A stretch of 64,000 nucleotides of DNA. Source: Octopus sinensis. Its lineage: Eukaryota. The notes under the pieces are model-generated. The model did not search any database. It saw nothing but the letters and a program-made list of their open reading frames with translations, and was not told the DNA's origin. Numbering within the stretch: position 1 is the first letter of the stretch; the number at the start of each line of letters is the position of its first letter. The position numbers and the translations under genes were made by a program. Of this stretch, positions 13,674 through 27,290 are shown one piece after another. Location of the stretch: NCBI RefSeq assembly GCF_006345805.1, contig NC_042999.1, forward strand, positions 106,640,001 through 106,704,000, written 5' to 3'.

Positions 13674-16186
13674 TCTCCGACTTAGTTGTAGCAAGAACAA
13701 TAGTTGCTCCACGTTCCTTACATCTGTTTTAATACTCCGTGAGATTTGGCTAATATTTCATTAATATCCCGATTTTGATACACTTTCCTTGCGTAAACCT
13801 TAAGATATATTAACAGGAAATTATATCATTGGGTATGTGTCGCATGAGAGTCGATACTGAAGTGCCATTCCCTTACACAGAAGGTGTGATAAACACATCA
13901 TTTTTTTAATTGCGCATAAAGCTAACGCGCTCGGTATAGTTTTTCCCGTGTGAGTCACGTTTCATTTAACCAGATGAAGAGCACCGATTACTATCATTAC
14001 TTATCATCACTGTGTATATTCTCATAACTCACATCTTACTCATTTTATTACGTTCTTTCAGACGATGCTTTGTTTAGAAGGGGTCCATATGCATTCTAAA
14101 GTACTTTCGACGTTTCATTGTCACAAGAAGTGGGGTTTGATATACATGCTTAAACGTCATCGCAATTTTTATATAGATTCCACTTCATATTGTCCAAAAC
14201 ATATCGCTATATATGCGATCTTATCTATGAATATATATTCTGATTTTATTCGACTAAGCAACCAGAAATTGATGTGGTAGTTTCTTGTTTTAACTACATT
14301 GCTTATAGCTGACACTAACTGTTATTTTTTTTGTTTGTTTTTGTAATTTTATTTTCGTTTCTTTTGGAGGTTAGATAACATTTTTTGCACGGATAAAATT
14401 GGATATTTTATTTATTTATTTATTTGTTTTCCTGCAGCTTCATGCGTTTGTTAGCTTTCGTATTGCTTCACTTCCTTTTTGTCCAGTCTTGCAGGATACT
14501 GATGTCGGAGAATTTTTTCATCTCTTCAGAGATAAAATATTTGTGTCAATATTAGAAATTTCATTAATATTGTAAATTAGATAGCAGGTCGGTCACTCTT
14601 CAAACAGAATTCTTATTGTATCAAATTATGTCCTTCTACATTCTGACTTTAATTCTTGCTATGACTGATTTTGTTTTCCATCATTCTGGAGTTGATTAAA
14701 TAAAAACCATTTTTGTACTGAGGTTGATTTTATCGACTACATTCCTTCTCTTGAAATGTATGATCCTGAGCCAATATGAGAAATCGTTATTATTGCAAAA
14801 GAGTTGAGGGCGATAGATTGTCAGGATCGGTAGAAGCTCAGACAAACTGTCTGGCGTAATTTTTTTCCAGTACTTTTCGTTCTGAATACAAATTTCATCG
14901 TCACTGATTTTGCCTTTCACCTGCCCAGCGTCTATAAAATAGATAATAAAACAATACTGGGAACTATTAAATCAGCTCAGCCCTCTGAATTAATTATTTC
15001 TGCTTGTATAAAATATCATTGTAAGAAAATGGTGGATTAAGGCCTCATTCTATTCAGAGACGGTCCAGAATTCGAACTGTACTAAAGCAGGCATTTCTAT
15101 TTTATTCTTTTGGGGTGGATAGATTTGGTGCTTTCAGATAATGGAACTAACTGAAAATGCTCACCAAATATTTGACCATTAACCTATGCTTATACCTAAT
15201 ATTGTTAAAGTACTAAACAGTATTTCATTAGTCTTTACGTTCTTAGTTTAAATGCCGCCCAGGTTGACTTTGCTTTTCATATTTTCAGGGTCGATGAAAT
15301 AAGTACCAGTTGAGCACAAGGGTTAATGTGATCGACTAGCCCACTACTCCAAACTTTATTATCTTTACTGCTAAATTTAACACAAGTATTTACATTACGT
15401 TTCACATTTTACTATCGCTGTGATTATATGAATATATATATATATATATAAATTTATTTCTTGGCAAAGTGACTTCTTCCCTTGATACTGTTGTTTAGTT
15501 ATTGACTTATTCCATATAAGCTTCTTAATAATCACTAAAGTGTGATTATTTTTACTGCCATTTTTCTCGATATAGTTTTTCTGCTGGTGTTTTACAGGAT
15601 TTCATTGATTACACCTATAGTTACGATGTTAATAATTTTACAAGCACCCCGGGGGTCAGGCTAAATAACGACACAATAATGCTAAAATGTATAACACTAT
15701 AATGAAAATAATTGATTATTTAAAAACTCTTACATCATTTTCTTATATTGATGCAGTTCCGGACATAAGTAGCAAATTGAATACATTTCGGCAAGCTACT
15801 GGTAGTAATTTTAGCAAAACCTAAAGGATAACAGGCAAAAGTGGCATCATCAGATTTGACCTTGTAATATAGAGGTGAATCTTAATGTCATGTGCCGTAA
15901 GGTATCGACTCCATTCCGCTACTATTTCTGCCACTCGACTACTACCACTGCTACTACTACTTCTAATAAGAGTAATAATTCTTTCTACAATATGCACAAT
16001 ACTTGAAATTTGGTGGGAGGAGATAGTCGACTACATCGACTAGCCCACTATTCCAAACTTTCAGGACTTGCGCCTATAGTATAAAGGATTATTATCTTTA
16101 TTGCTAACCTTAACGCAAATATTTGCATTACGTTTCACATTTTACTTTTACTGTGATCATAGTCACACGGGTTATTTCCCGAACTA

Positions 16187-17150
16187 TCTTATAATAATTC
16201 TACTTATCGTTCCGTTACTTACCCCATCGGTAATGCTTTCATGTGATTAGAGAAAAAGAGGGAGAAAGAAAAAGAGAGAGAGAGAAAGAGGGAGAGAGAA
16301 GCTTCCATGACGTGAAGTAGAGGTAATGTAATTATAACGCTTTCACGTAATTAGTTGATGGGAAAGAGAGGAGAAAGAAAAAGGAGAAAAAGATGATAAG
16401 GTGAAGAGTAAGACAGAAAGAGAGAGAAAGAAAAAGAGGAAGAGAAAAGCGTTCATGACGTGGGGTAGGGGGAACGTAATATTTGTTGCGTAATATTTGT
16501 TACGTAGTTAAAAAAGTTAGTTCAAGGTAGTGATGATATAGAGAAGGAGAGTCAAAAATATAATTTTAGCAGAGGGTTGATGTTCTGATGGTGAGGTTAA
16601 AGAAAGACAGAGAAAGATGGGAGGGAGAGCGAAGGGGGAGAGAGAAAGAGGGAGAAAGAAATGATGATGATGATCATGGTGGTGGAGGTGGCGGTGGTGA
16701 TATAGTGAAAAGTGTTTTTTTTTTCTAATTGAACTCAGTTTTTTATATCAACTATCACTTAACGCATGCGCGTAAGTGCAATTCCACGGAATATTCACGC
16801 TTATTCAAGTGGCAGACGTATGCAATTTAACTAAATGTTGTATCATATGTACGGGATATTTTTTGCTGTTGTTTATGGGGGAAATCGAAAAAGAAGAGTG
16901 AATATTTATTTTATGAGTGCTATGTATTAAGTCAATAAAATTGTGCATAAAGTATATAAAGTGTATATATAAAGTGCATTAAGTAATCATCGTATTCCAA
17001 TTTCTTTCATTTTTCAATGAGTAGTAAATGAACGGTTGTCTTTCCATACAGACACAAAACAGGCTACACTTTCAGGTTTTTTGGATAGTTTTCAGAAGTA
17101 ACCCAATAGGCTTACCATTAATTCCGTGGAATATTCACGGGTCACGCTAT
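16187..17150 (+). mobile_element. Possible non-autonomous Helitron-like element
   Basis: Begins A|TCTTATAATAA; ends with hairpin CCGTG-GAATATT-CACGG followed by GTCACGCTAT (degenerate CTAG); AG-rich interior with an internal repeat of the hairpin motif near 16785. Confidence 0.45.
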
Positions 17151-17595
17151 TAAGCAATAAATACAGTAATAATAGTCATTGATTTTAGCACATGGCCACA
17201 AATTAGAGTGAGATAATTAGGTGATACCTTCAACCCAATGACTTAATAGGTACTGTATTTTATCGACTGCGGAAGGATGAAAAGCAAAGTTGATCCCGGT
17301 GAGATTTGAATTCAGAATGTAATGAACTGAAACAATTACCGCAAAACTTTCAAACGATTCTGTCAGCCTGCCAGATTAAAAATTAAAGAATAAATGAGAA
17401 ATTGACGTCACACGCACCCATTTCTGCAATAACACCCTGAAACTACCAAAAAGAATTTACGTAGGTACGTTCTAGAAAAGAACAACACCAAGATCTCTAA
17501 ATATTGCATACAACATTTTAGACATGCTTCCAAGGTATGTCTGAATGTAGTCTTTATAACAGAAAATTTCGATGCATTTCTGAATCCAAGAAAAT

Positions 17596-17900
17596 AATCC
17601 TTCCCATTAGAGGCACAAGGCTTAAAATTTTGGGGGAGGGGATAAGTCAGTTCAACTGGTACTTATTTTATTGACCCCGAAAGGATGAAAGGCAAAGACG
17701 ATCACGGCGGAATTTGAACTCTGAACGTGAGGACGGAGAAAATGCCGCTAAGCATTTTGCTCGGCGTGCTAACGATTCTGCCAGCTCACCGCCTTGAATC
17801 CATGAAAATAATCCTACTATAGGCACAAGGCCTGAACTTTTTCACTGGTACTCAATTTATCGATCCGGAAAGGATAAAAGGTAAAGTCGACCTCGGCGGA
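17596..17900 (-). mobile_element. Two adjacent family A SINEs (one full, one truncated) separated and flanked by AATCCA(T/A)GAAAAT repeats
   Basis: Reverse-complement SINE consensus; 13-mer at 17583, 17797 and 17901. Confidence 0.75.
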
Positions 17901-18299
17901 AATCCATGAAAATCATGTTAACGATAATCTTTTGTTACACTCGCACAAGGTCACACATTTTATGGACAGGATTGAGTACATGACCACCGTACTCATATCA
18001 TTTTCCCGCTCTCGAAAGAATAGCGGGTAAAGCTTAGACATATGTGTGAGTATGTAAGTGTGTATGTGTGTATGTGTAGATATATGCATGTGTGTATGTA
18101 TAGATATATGCATGTGTGTATGTGTATATTTATATATATGTTCATACACATACGTAAATCTGTGCGTGTGTATACATAAGTGCCTGTGTATACATAAATA
18201 TGTGTCTGTGTGTGTCTATGTATATTTATAGATGTGTATGTATGTATTATGTATAGACATGTGTGTGCGTGTGCAAAAGATTTTGAAAGAGATCTGCCT

Positions 18300-19330
18300 T
18301 ATTCTAAACTAAGGAAATAAGCCATCTTAATAGATTATCTAATGTATTCCTGTGGTGAGGATCATGATCTATTGAGATTTCGAAAGCACCCATGTTTCTA
18401 GGTGGTGTATAGCAGTAATTTTGTGTAGTGTACACCCATACTATGTGTGGTGGTTGCACCCGCGTGAGTGTGTACTTTACACATGTATGCGTAGATATAT
18501 TTGAAGACCGAATGTTCTTGAAGAATCTGTAAACGATCTAAAATCTCTGAGAGTTGCCGGCTGCAACTGGCGCAAGTTGTTTTTGAAAGAATAACTTTAT
18601 TGGTTTATTGCAGACGAAGGTGTATGTCCGGAATGATTTTTAAAGAAGATTGCATATCAGATTATTTCGGTCTCTTTGTTAGTTTTATATTAGACTTCTT
18701 AATTAAACTTGAAGTATTTTTCACGATGCTGTGTCTCACCTTTATGTTATTGTTGAACAGCTGGTGGTATTGCGATCCTTCTGAAAATATTTCCTGATGA
18801 ACGGAAACAGCCTCTATTTTTCTCTTTTATTTTCTCTTTCTTTCTCTTTCTGTCTGTCTGTCTCTCTCGCTCTCTCTCTTTCTCACACACATACACACAT
18901 ACACACTCTCTCTCACTCTTCCCCTTTCTCTCTCTCTCTCTCTCACACATACACACATACACACTCTCTCTCACTCTCCCCCTCTCTCTCTCCCCCCTCT
19001 CTCTCTCCCCCTCTCTCTCTTTCTCTCCTATGTCATTGTCATATGGAGAGTTAAACCGTATAACATTTCTCCTCTTAGTATTTTTAGTGTAATTGCTTCT
19101 AGTGTCTGCGAAGTATTTCATTCATTTTCAATATCGGTTGACTGTTAGTGTTTAACATTTTCAGTCGTTTTAAAGTTGGCTCAATCGGGGAATACTGCTT
19201 TTACTCTTGTGATACTTATTGGTGAATAATTGATAATGCTTGTTGTGTAATCGTATTTCAACGCACGGTATGATTCTATTAAGTTTTGAAAACGTCTCGT
19301 ATCATATCGTGTTTAGTTTAACCATTGTAC
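18300..19330 (-). pseudogene. Decayed Penelope-like element (RT thumb/linker remnant) interrupted by a (CT)/(CA) microsatellite
   Basis: Minus strand KRRNVIRFNSPY resembles the PLE linker RNIIWFNPPY; downstream QLFNNNIKVRHS resembles KIFNRNNVKVSYS; upstream SNYSP resembles SNHPP. Confidence 0.6.
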
Positions 19331-19532
19331 CGAATGTTCTAATGAGGTTCGAACCATCTCGCTCAGATCACTAGTTTAGAATCACGGCCCAAATGTATTA
19401 CCTGTCACAGTCACCATAAATGCATTCACGCCCTAGTGAACAAAGTTTTACCAATCAGATCGGCAGGTATGTAACCAAATAGCAGTGAACTTGAATTTAA
19501 GTTCAGTGAATTTTTCCGCAAAACAATTCCGT

Positions 19533-19653
19533 CGAAGATTCTAGAAGCTTAACTAAATATTATAAAATTCTGGGATATTGAACTCTAGAACATACTACGT
19601 TCTAGAACAAACTCTAGAACTCAAGAACTTACTCTGTCGGTAAGTTTTATAAG
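19533..19653 (+). promoter_or_regulatory. Cluster of heat-shock elements with TATA box (candidate HSF-responsive promoter)
   Basis: Perfect three-unit HSE cGAAgaTTCtaGAAg (19533-19547); further (T/C)TC-nn-GAA units at 19583, 19600, 19612 and 19620; TATAAAA at 19561; CCAAT at about 19452; consensus donor GTAAGT at 19640. Confidence 0.55.
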
Positions 19654-19947
19654 GAGCTCTCTTTCTTTCTACGTATTCGGTGTAGGGATTTGAACCCCAC
19701 CCGCGAATAGTTTGCGATCATTAGTATGCCGTCACAGTTTCACGTGACTGATCTAAAAATCGACCAATTAGCGTGAAACTGTAGCGTGATTATTCTTGAC
19801 ATTTGCGCAATTTTAGCCAAGTTAAATAGTTTGGGACCTAATTCACAGCAGACTACATCTAGCCTTCAAACAAGACACATCATGGTTCTCTTCCCCAAGT
19901 TTCAACAATGTGCGGCGGTTATTGTATCTGCATTTTTCTCTTTCCAG

Positions 19948-20030
19948 ATAGCTAGTGTTTGAGCCAATGCAGCAAATTAATTCCTACTTAGTATTCTGTT
20001 AACCAGCGAATCTGTGATTATTTTGCATTC
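19948..20030 (+). other. Candidate exon (non-coding/UTR)
   Basis: Acceptor CATTTTTCTCTTTCCAG and donor GTGAGT; no ORF evidence. Confidence 0.3.
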
Positions 20031-20928
20031 GTGAGTTTGCTTCTATTATATTACATACAACCAGCCTGATCTTTCATTCAGTAAATGGATACAACATCAT
20101 TCCTTCTCACGTCCAACTGCGCGACAATAGTCTTCAGTAAATACACAAATAACGAGAGCCCACGACATGATGATCACAAATATACAAGCTCGCGACACTG
20201 TCTGAAGAACAATTTTTACATAATTACAAATTATTCCAGAATAAAGACTTAAGTGTCACTATCACTATCTTATGTTAGCTGTTATATTCAAATAATTATT
20301 GGTCACATGTTAGTGAAAATGCTCCAGATAATAAAAAATATCCGGGAAGTTATAAAAATGTTAGTGGGATCAATCTTTCCTTCACACGTAAGCCACCGAT
20401 TATATTGTGTATTACCAACAATGAATAAAATATCTACTGAAGTGTGATGTCAGGGCATATATGAAGGGATATGTATATATGTTTACCTTTTAGTACCTAC
20501 AGCATTAATGACACAGTGTAACCAAGAGAACGTTAATCCGACGTTGCTTCGTACGTCACCTTCAAGCTGAATTTCCTGAATGTTGTAGTTATTGGTTTTT
20601 ATGGAACATCAGCTGTTTACTCTCTCAAACCATTTAAAAATCAAAACCCACGTAATTTTATATGGTAAAACTATTTATGTACGAAAATACTTAAAATACG
20701 TATAACTGTTCAGGAATTGTGTGAGACCGACAATAAATAATACTCTATATGATCCAACCTTTTCTGCCTTACGTCCATTGGAGATTATCATATCAATTCT
20801 GATTAACGTCCACTTGGTTACACAGTATAGGCTCTAAAATATAAACATATAAGCATGGACTTTCAGCTCTATGGTTCAACTATGATTCTATGTATTTTAT
20901 TTCTTTCTCCCTCTCTCCCCATTATGTT

Positions 20929-20960
<32 letters not shown>

Positions 20961-21151
20961 CTCTCTACAAACTTACATACATGTATACATACATATATAT
21001 ATGTGTGTGTATGTATGTATATGTCAACATGTAAGTATGTATTTATGTGAGTATATATATATATATATATATATATGGCAGTACTCCAGCATGGCTACAG
21101 TCATTGAACTGAAACGTATAAAAGAATAAAAGAATATATATACACACACAC

Positions 21152-21188
<37 letters not shown>

Positions 21189-21272
21189 CAAACATGCAAA
21201 TATATGTATGCATAATATGTGTATGCATGTATGTATGTGTGTATATAGAAGAAGAAGAAGAAGAAGAAGAAG

Positions 21273-21304
<32 letters not shown>

Positions 21305-22342
21305 GAAGAATGTATACCAACATTATGTTCAAAGAACAAGATTATTAATAGAAAGAGGAACTGAGATAACAATTGCCAATCTCACATGTAAACATCACTC
21401 TTGACAATTTTCTGGATTCACTGGTGGGTTTTTTTCTTTCGTTTTATTAAGCAAATAGAATTCAGTATCTTTACTTTTATAGTAGAAGATCAAGTTAGAA
21501 AATTTAAACACTGATGATATTTATATATTTAAACTTTGGTATGTGCAGAAACCTCATTTCTAGTTTGAGGTGATAGAGTGTAATTAAATGATTCAATTCC
21601 TAGTCTATTACTGGTAATTATAATTCCAACACCAAGGTAAAATATAATTGCTGATAGATAAGTTGAACTGCTGGTTCTCATGGAATTATCTCTGACAGTC
21701 TATAGAATAAATAAATACATGTGCATTTTAAGGCTTCTCTATCCTTAAACTTAAAGCAAGTGTTTGCGAATGACATGTCTATTTTTCTATGTTTTCAAAT
21801 AGCTCCTTTTTGTATCAGAGTTTTGTTTATGAAATCTAATCAATAAAATTAAAGTCTATATTTAGGAAATATTTCTATGAGTTAATTCCTCATCACTATC
21901 ATCACCGTTTTAACCTCCACTTTTCAATGCTGGGTTAAATAGAATTTGCTGAGGCAGATTTCATATGGCTGAATACCTTTCCTGTTGCCAGAAATCCCTC
22001 ATTTTCAAGCAAGTCAATATTTTCACATGATTAGACATACTTCCACAGAAGATTGGAAATGAAAGGCACTGCTTCTATGATGTGGTCACTAATTGGTTTA
22101 AAATTTTGACACAAGGCCAGCAATTTTAGGAGAGGAGATAAGTTGATTACATCGACCTCAATGCTCAACTGGAAATTATTTTTTTTACATTGAATTTGAA
22201 CTCAAAACCTAAAAGACAGATGAAATATCACTAAGTACTTTACTCTGTAATGATTCTACCAGCTCACCACCTTAATGGAGTCAATAATTAACAACTATCA
22301 CACAATGCAAAGATGAAGAGACACATACACATACCCACACCT

Positions 22343-22399
<57 letters not shown>

Positions 22400-22974
22400 A
22401 AGAAAGAGAAAGAGAAATAGATAGGTAGATAGATTAAGGTATATGTATATATTTCCACTCACACATAACATTAATTCATACAACCAAATACACCTCTTCT
22501 CCAGGCATTATGGTTATCTCTCCCAACACACACACACACACACACACACACACATCAGGCTTCTTTCAGTTTCTGACTACAAAATCTACCCACAAGGTCT
22601 TGGCCAACCTGAGCATATAATTGGAGACAATTTCAAAAGGTGCAACACTGTGAAACTCAACCCAAAATCACATGATTGGAAAACAGAAGATACATAGCCA
22701 TAAAAGTGCAAAAGAAGGAAATATATACATTTGCAACAGAATTGGAATGACATTGCTAAATGGATATTATATTGAATTATTAACTGAGAGATCTTTATTT
22801 CAAAACAGTTGTGTTGATGTGCATTTGAGTATTACACTCAGTTCTCCGCATGTCAGTTTAATTATGAGAATGGAATAAATACCTGATCTTTGGAGAATAT
22901 AACTTGAGTTAGTCTGGTATTCTGTATAAAGACATCATGTTAAAATTTGATGTCCTGATTCCTGTTTTAGAAAG

Positions 22975-23410
22975 TAATCTTTTCTACTCTAAGCACACAC
23001 CCTGAAATATTTTTGGGGGGGGCAGTCGATTAGATAGAACCTAGTACGCAACTGGTACTCAAGTTATCAGCCCGAAAGGATGAAAAGATGAGAATGTAAA
23101 GACAGGTGAAATACCTATTTCTTTACTACCCACAAGGGGCTAAACACAGAGAGGACAAACAAGAACAGACAAATGGATTAAGTTGATTATATCGACCCCA
23201 GTGTGTAACTGGTGCTTATTTAATCGACCCCAAAAGGATGAAAGGCAAAGTGGTGGAATTTGAACTCAGAATGTAGCGGTAGACGAAATACTGCTAAGCA
23301 TTGCGCCCAGTGTGCTAACAATTCTGCCAGCTCGTCACCTTAACAACAATGATAATCCTTTCTACTGGAGGCACAAGGCCTCAAATTTGTGGAGAGGTGA
23401 GTAGTCAATT
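22975..23410 (-). mobile_element. Family A SINE array (long form plus flanking partial units)
   Basis: Reverse complement of the consensus seen at 9295-9640. Confidence 0.8.
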
Positions 23411-25715
23411 TCAGAAAATAATAAAGCCAAAAAAATCAATAACTAAAGTGGTGATGCTTCTAAGAGTTACATTTGCAAATGTGGTTGTCTATGCTGAATG
23501 TATCATGAGATAACTAATCTGATTCTTCTTTTTTTTTCCTTATTGCAGAATATTTTCTAATCCTTATTTACAGTTGAGTAACTTCTTACTACTTTATTAT
23601 CCCTTAAGCTTTTACATGTACGTATGTGTACATATAAGTATGAATGTTGTGGTAGGGGGTCAGAGTGGGGAGAGAAAATGGTGTCATTAGTTACAAGGTA
23701 TATTTTGATTTTTATGTCTATATTCTCAAATATTTTTTAGTGCTTCATTTCCATTTTCTTTATATTTACCAGCAAATACATCTTCTTTCAATACCATCAT
23801 TATCAGTATCCACTTCCTTCAATACCATCATTATCAGTATCCACTTCCTTATCATCATTATCTCTATCACTATCATCACCCTCCCTGCTACCACCACCAA
23901 TAACAACAACAACAACCTACAGCAACAACACCATCACCATCATATCATCTTAATTATCCTCTTTACCAACTCCTCTCCATCAAAACCCCCCTCTTCAATC
24001 TTCTTATTGGCTACTATACTTTTTTTATGTCTCTGTTAATTGCCCAGTGTGGGTTGATCTAGTAATCTTGTTCTGTTTCAGCCTTGCCACAACATCTTAC
24101 ATTTCTATAAAGTGTTTCATGATTAATCAACTACACAGCTTTGATTTACTTTCAATGATACATGATTGTCATAGATCAGTGAAGATGAATGATAGTATTG
24201 ATGAAAAGAACTTTCTTCATTCAATTCACTTTTCAGAAATGACAACTATAAAGCATTAATTATTCTGAACAAGAATTTTATAAACAGAATCTTTAATCTA
24301 TTTTCTCTCTTTCATTTTTTTGTCTCCATAATTTTTGTATTATTTCTTAAACATATTATAACACATTCCTCTGTTTGATGCACAACTGCGATATACTGAG
24401 CCAAGTTTTTGAGTTTCACATTCACACATATTCTTCAATGGGATACTGGCCTTTATGAAATCTGAAAGGGATATGGAAATGATACTTGTGATATCCAGGA
24501 AGGTTTACATTGAACGTTAGTCAAGACATTAAACTTAGTACATTAAATTATCCAGTTTTTGCACTCTGTCTCATTTTTCATTTTATCTGCTATCTCACCA
24601 AGATGAAGAAATTTATGTAACAGGAAACAATTCATTTTAGAAATGACAAATCCAAGAATATTTCTTTCATTCAGCTGAGAAAAATTATTACGATAAAAAG
24701 AATCTAAATTAATTTGTTTTCTGTTCTGTAGAGGATAACATTGTTTCTTTGTATTTTATTCCTGTACATTCAATTCTAAACACACTATAGAGTTAATGCC
24801 ATCAAACTTTTTAACATCACGATCTACTCCTTGGAAGCCTTTAATGTTGTCCTTTCTCACGGAAATATTTGGGCTAAGTATTTAGTGTGTGAATAATTTT
24901 TCTCTTTCTTTTATACTTGCATGGAGTTTTGATCTATGTTATCAAATGAAAGGAGAAAACTTGTAGCCAGAAGTTATTTCCAATCTAACACCTACCAAAA
25001 ACTCCCCTTATCTTTGCATGTAATTTACTAGTAAATATGCTGTAGCAGAATGGAAGCAACATGGTTTAATTATCAAGAGATTTGTTTCTCAATCAGAAGA
25101 TCTTGTTCAATACCATTGTGTAGCATCTTGGGTAATTGTATTTTACCATGGCCATCGATTGACCAAAGCCTTCATAAGTATAATCAGGTAAATGGAAACT
25201 GTATGGAAGCCTAACAGATGGATTGTTTTTGTAATTTAAAGGTTTTGCCTCGCCACACTGTGTTATATTGACTCTACCTGAGAATTAAGAATCATGTTAC
25301 AATAAATATGTCTGTGAAATGTTCAAAACTTACATGCTAACTGCCAAAATACATAAAGATCTATCTTTATAGGATACAAATCACCAAACTTCTTGGCTAG
25401 GTAACTAATATGATATTTACTCAGTCACACACAACTCACCTCTTTTCATGTGCTTTATATTTGAAAATCACAGCAACCTAAATTAAATATGCCAGCATTG
25501 TTTATTTTGCATATAAAACTTTACTATGCAGGATACCCAGAGATTTTTTTCTAAACTTACATGGAACAAATGTAATTTGCTGGGGTTAGAGTTTTCTACA
25601 ACTGGGTAACATTCTTATTGCCAACTCCCACCTGTTCCAAGTGAGGTGATAATCTCCCAGTCTACTGAACAACAAACAACCTGAACATGTTTATGTAAAG
25701 AGCTGGATGCAAATA

Positions 25716-25942
25716 CAGTAATCCCTCGCCATATTGTGGTTCACCTATCGCAGTTTATTATTTAAGTTATTACGTTGATTCCTCTGTGGTATTGTTTTAC
25801 ATTTATAATAAAATAAATATATACAAATTATAAAAATAATTTTTAAAAAACTATCCAGTACAGTACTGTTTCTACTTACCGGATTTTCACCTATCGCAGG
25901 GGTTTTTGGAACATAACACCTGTGATAGTCAAGGGATTACAG
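25716..25942. mobile_element. Tigger/pogo-like MITE
   Basis: TA-flanked TIRs CAGTAATCCCTCG / CAAGGGATTACAG, internal repeat TTCACCTATCGCAG. Confidence 0.7.
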
Positions 25943-27290
25943 TAATATCCAATGAAATCAAATCTTTTGCTTACAAAGATCATGCAATATGTCAAGACAT
26001 GTCAAAAAGCCCAGACTTGCTTTTATAGTGGAACTGCAAGTGATTGACACCATTAGTGAAATTAAAGAGTGAAATGCATGTTTAGATAAGAGAGAAATTT
26101 GAAATCACTTACACAAATACACACAGATAGACAGACAGATAAACACACACACACATACATATACAACAGGCTTCTTTCACTTTCTGTCGACTAAATGTGC
26201 TCACATTTAGTTGACAGCCCAGGGATACAGTATAAGACATTTACCTAATGTGTGACACAATGGGATTGACCCTGAAACCACATGGTTGTGAAACAAACTT
26301 CTTAACCACGCAGCTATGCTTGCACCTATGCCATAAATTCCATCCTCAAATAAGTATCCATCTTCCTTAAGCCAGCATAGAAAAGTAAACATAAAATGAA
26401 CATGTAAACTTAACTGTTAATGAAATTTCTCCTTATTTTATAGCTCTTAACTTTAAATATATATTATTATTTCCTTGTTTGAATTGCATCACTTAGAAAT
26501 TATTATAGTCTCTCATTTGCAAACAAATCCAAACAAAATGGGATAAAATATAATGGTGAGAAATTTGCCACAAAAGTTTGATAATTCGAATTCTTGATTT
26601 AATTTGTAGAATGGATTTTAAAACATTTCACTTATGTCAGAGTATTGTGATGAAATGTAACACCTCCTTGAAAAATTTGAAAATAGTTTCCAGTGTATCC
26701 TAACCAATTTTTCATTGCTTCACAAACTAATTGCTCTTCAGCTAGCTCTAAATTTAATAAACTATTATGACAGAAATGGCAAACAACATGCTTGTAGGAT
26801 AGAACCTCAATCAGCAATGCTTCACTTTATGTACAACCCACACGTCATGTTCTCTAATGAACAAACTATGGCTACTTCATTAGAGAGCAAGCATAAAGTT
26901 ATCTAGGAATGATATTTGCTGTAACTACTGTTTTATCACCGAGCCTTCACTCAATTGTAGTGTGAGTGATATAAATTATAGATATTGTATAGCAATAAAG
27001 AGTGATGATATATGAAAACTTAGAAACAAGTCCAAAAATAGACAATCAACATTAAAATGTAAATATCCCAGTTAAAACTCAACAGAAGATTACATGAGTT
27101 GCTGAAGTATAAAAGAGATAACTAAAATAAGCACCAGTTGAAGAGTTTTACAATTATTGATTTAGTATTCTGACATTTGTTTCCTTATTAGATTACAAGG
27201 TATCCTGATTTAACTGAAAATAAATTACAATAATAGTACAAAAAAGTAGTGACATTATAATCATCATCATCATGATTATTATTACTATTA

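Noticed and set aside
20167-20205. ATGATGA ... CTGA resembling C and D boxes of a snoRNA
   Set aside because: Boxes only about 30 nt apart, no terminal stem at the boxes and no recognisable rRNA antisense element.
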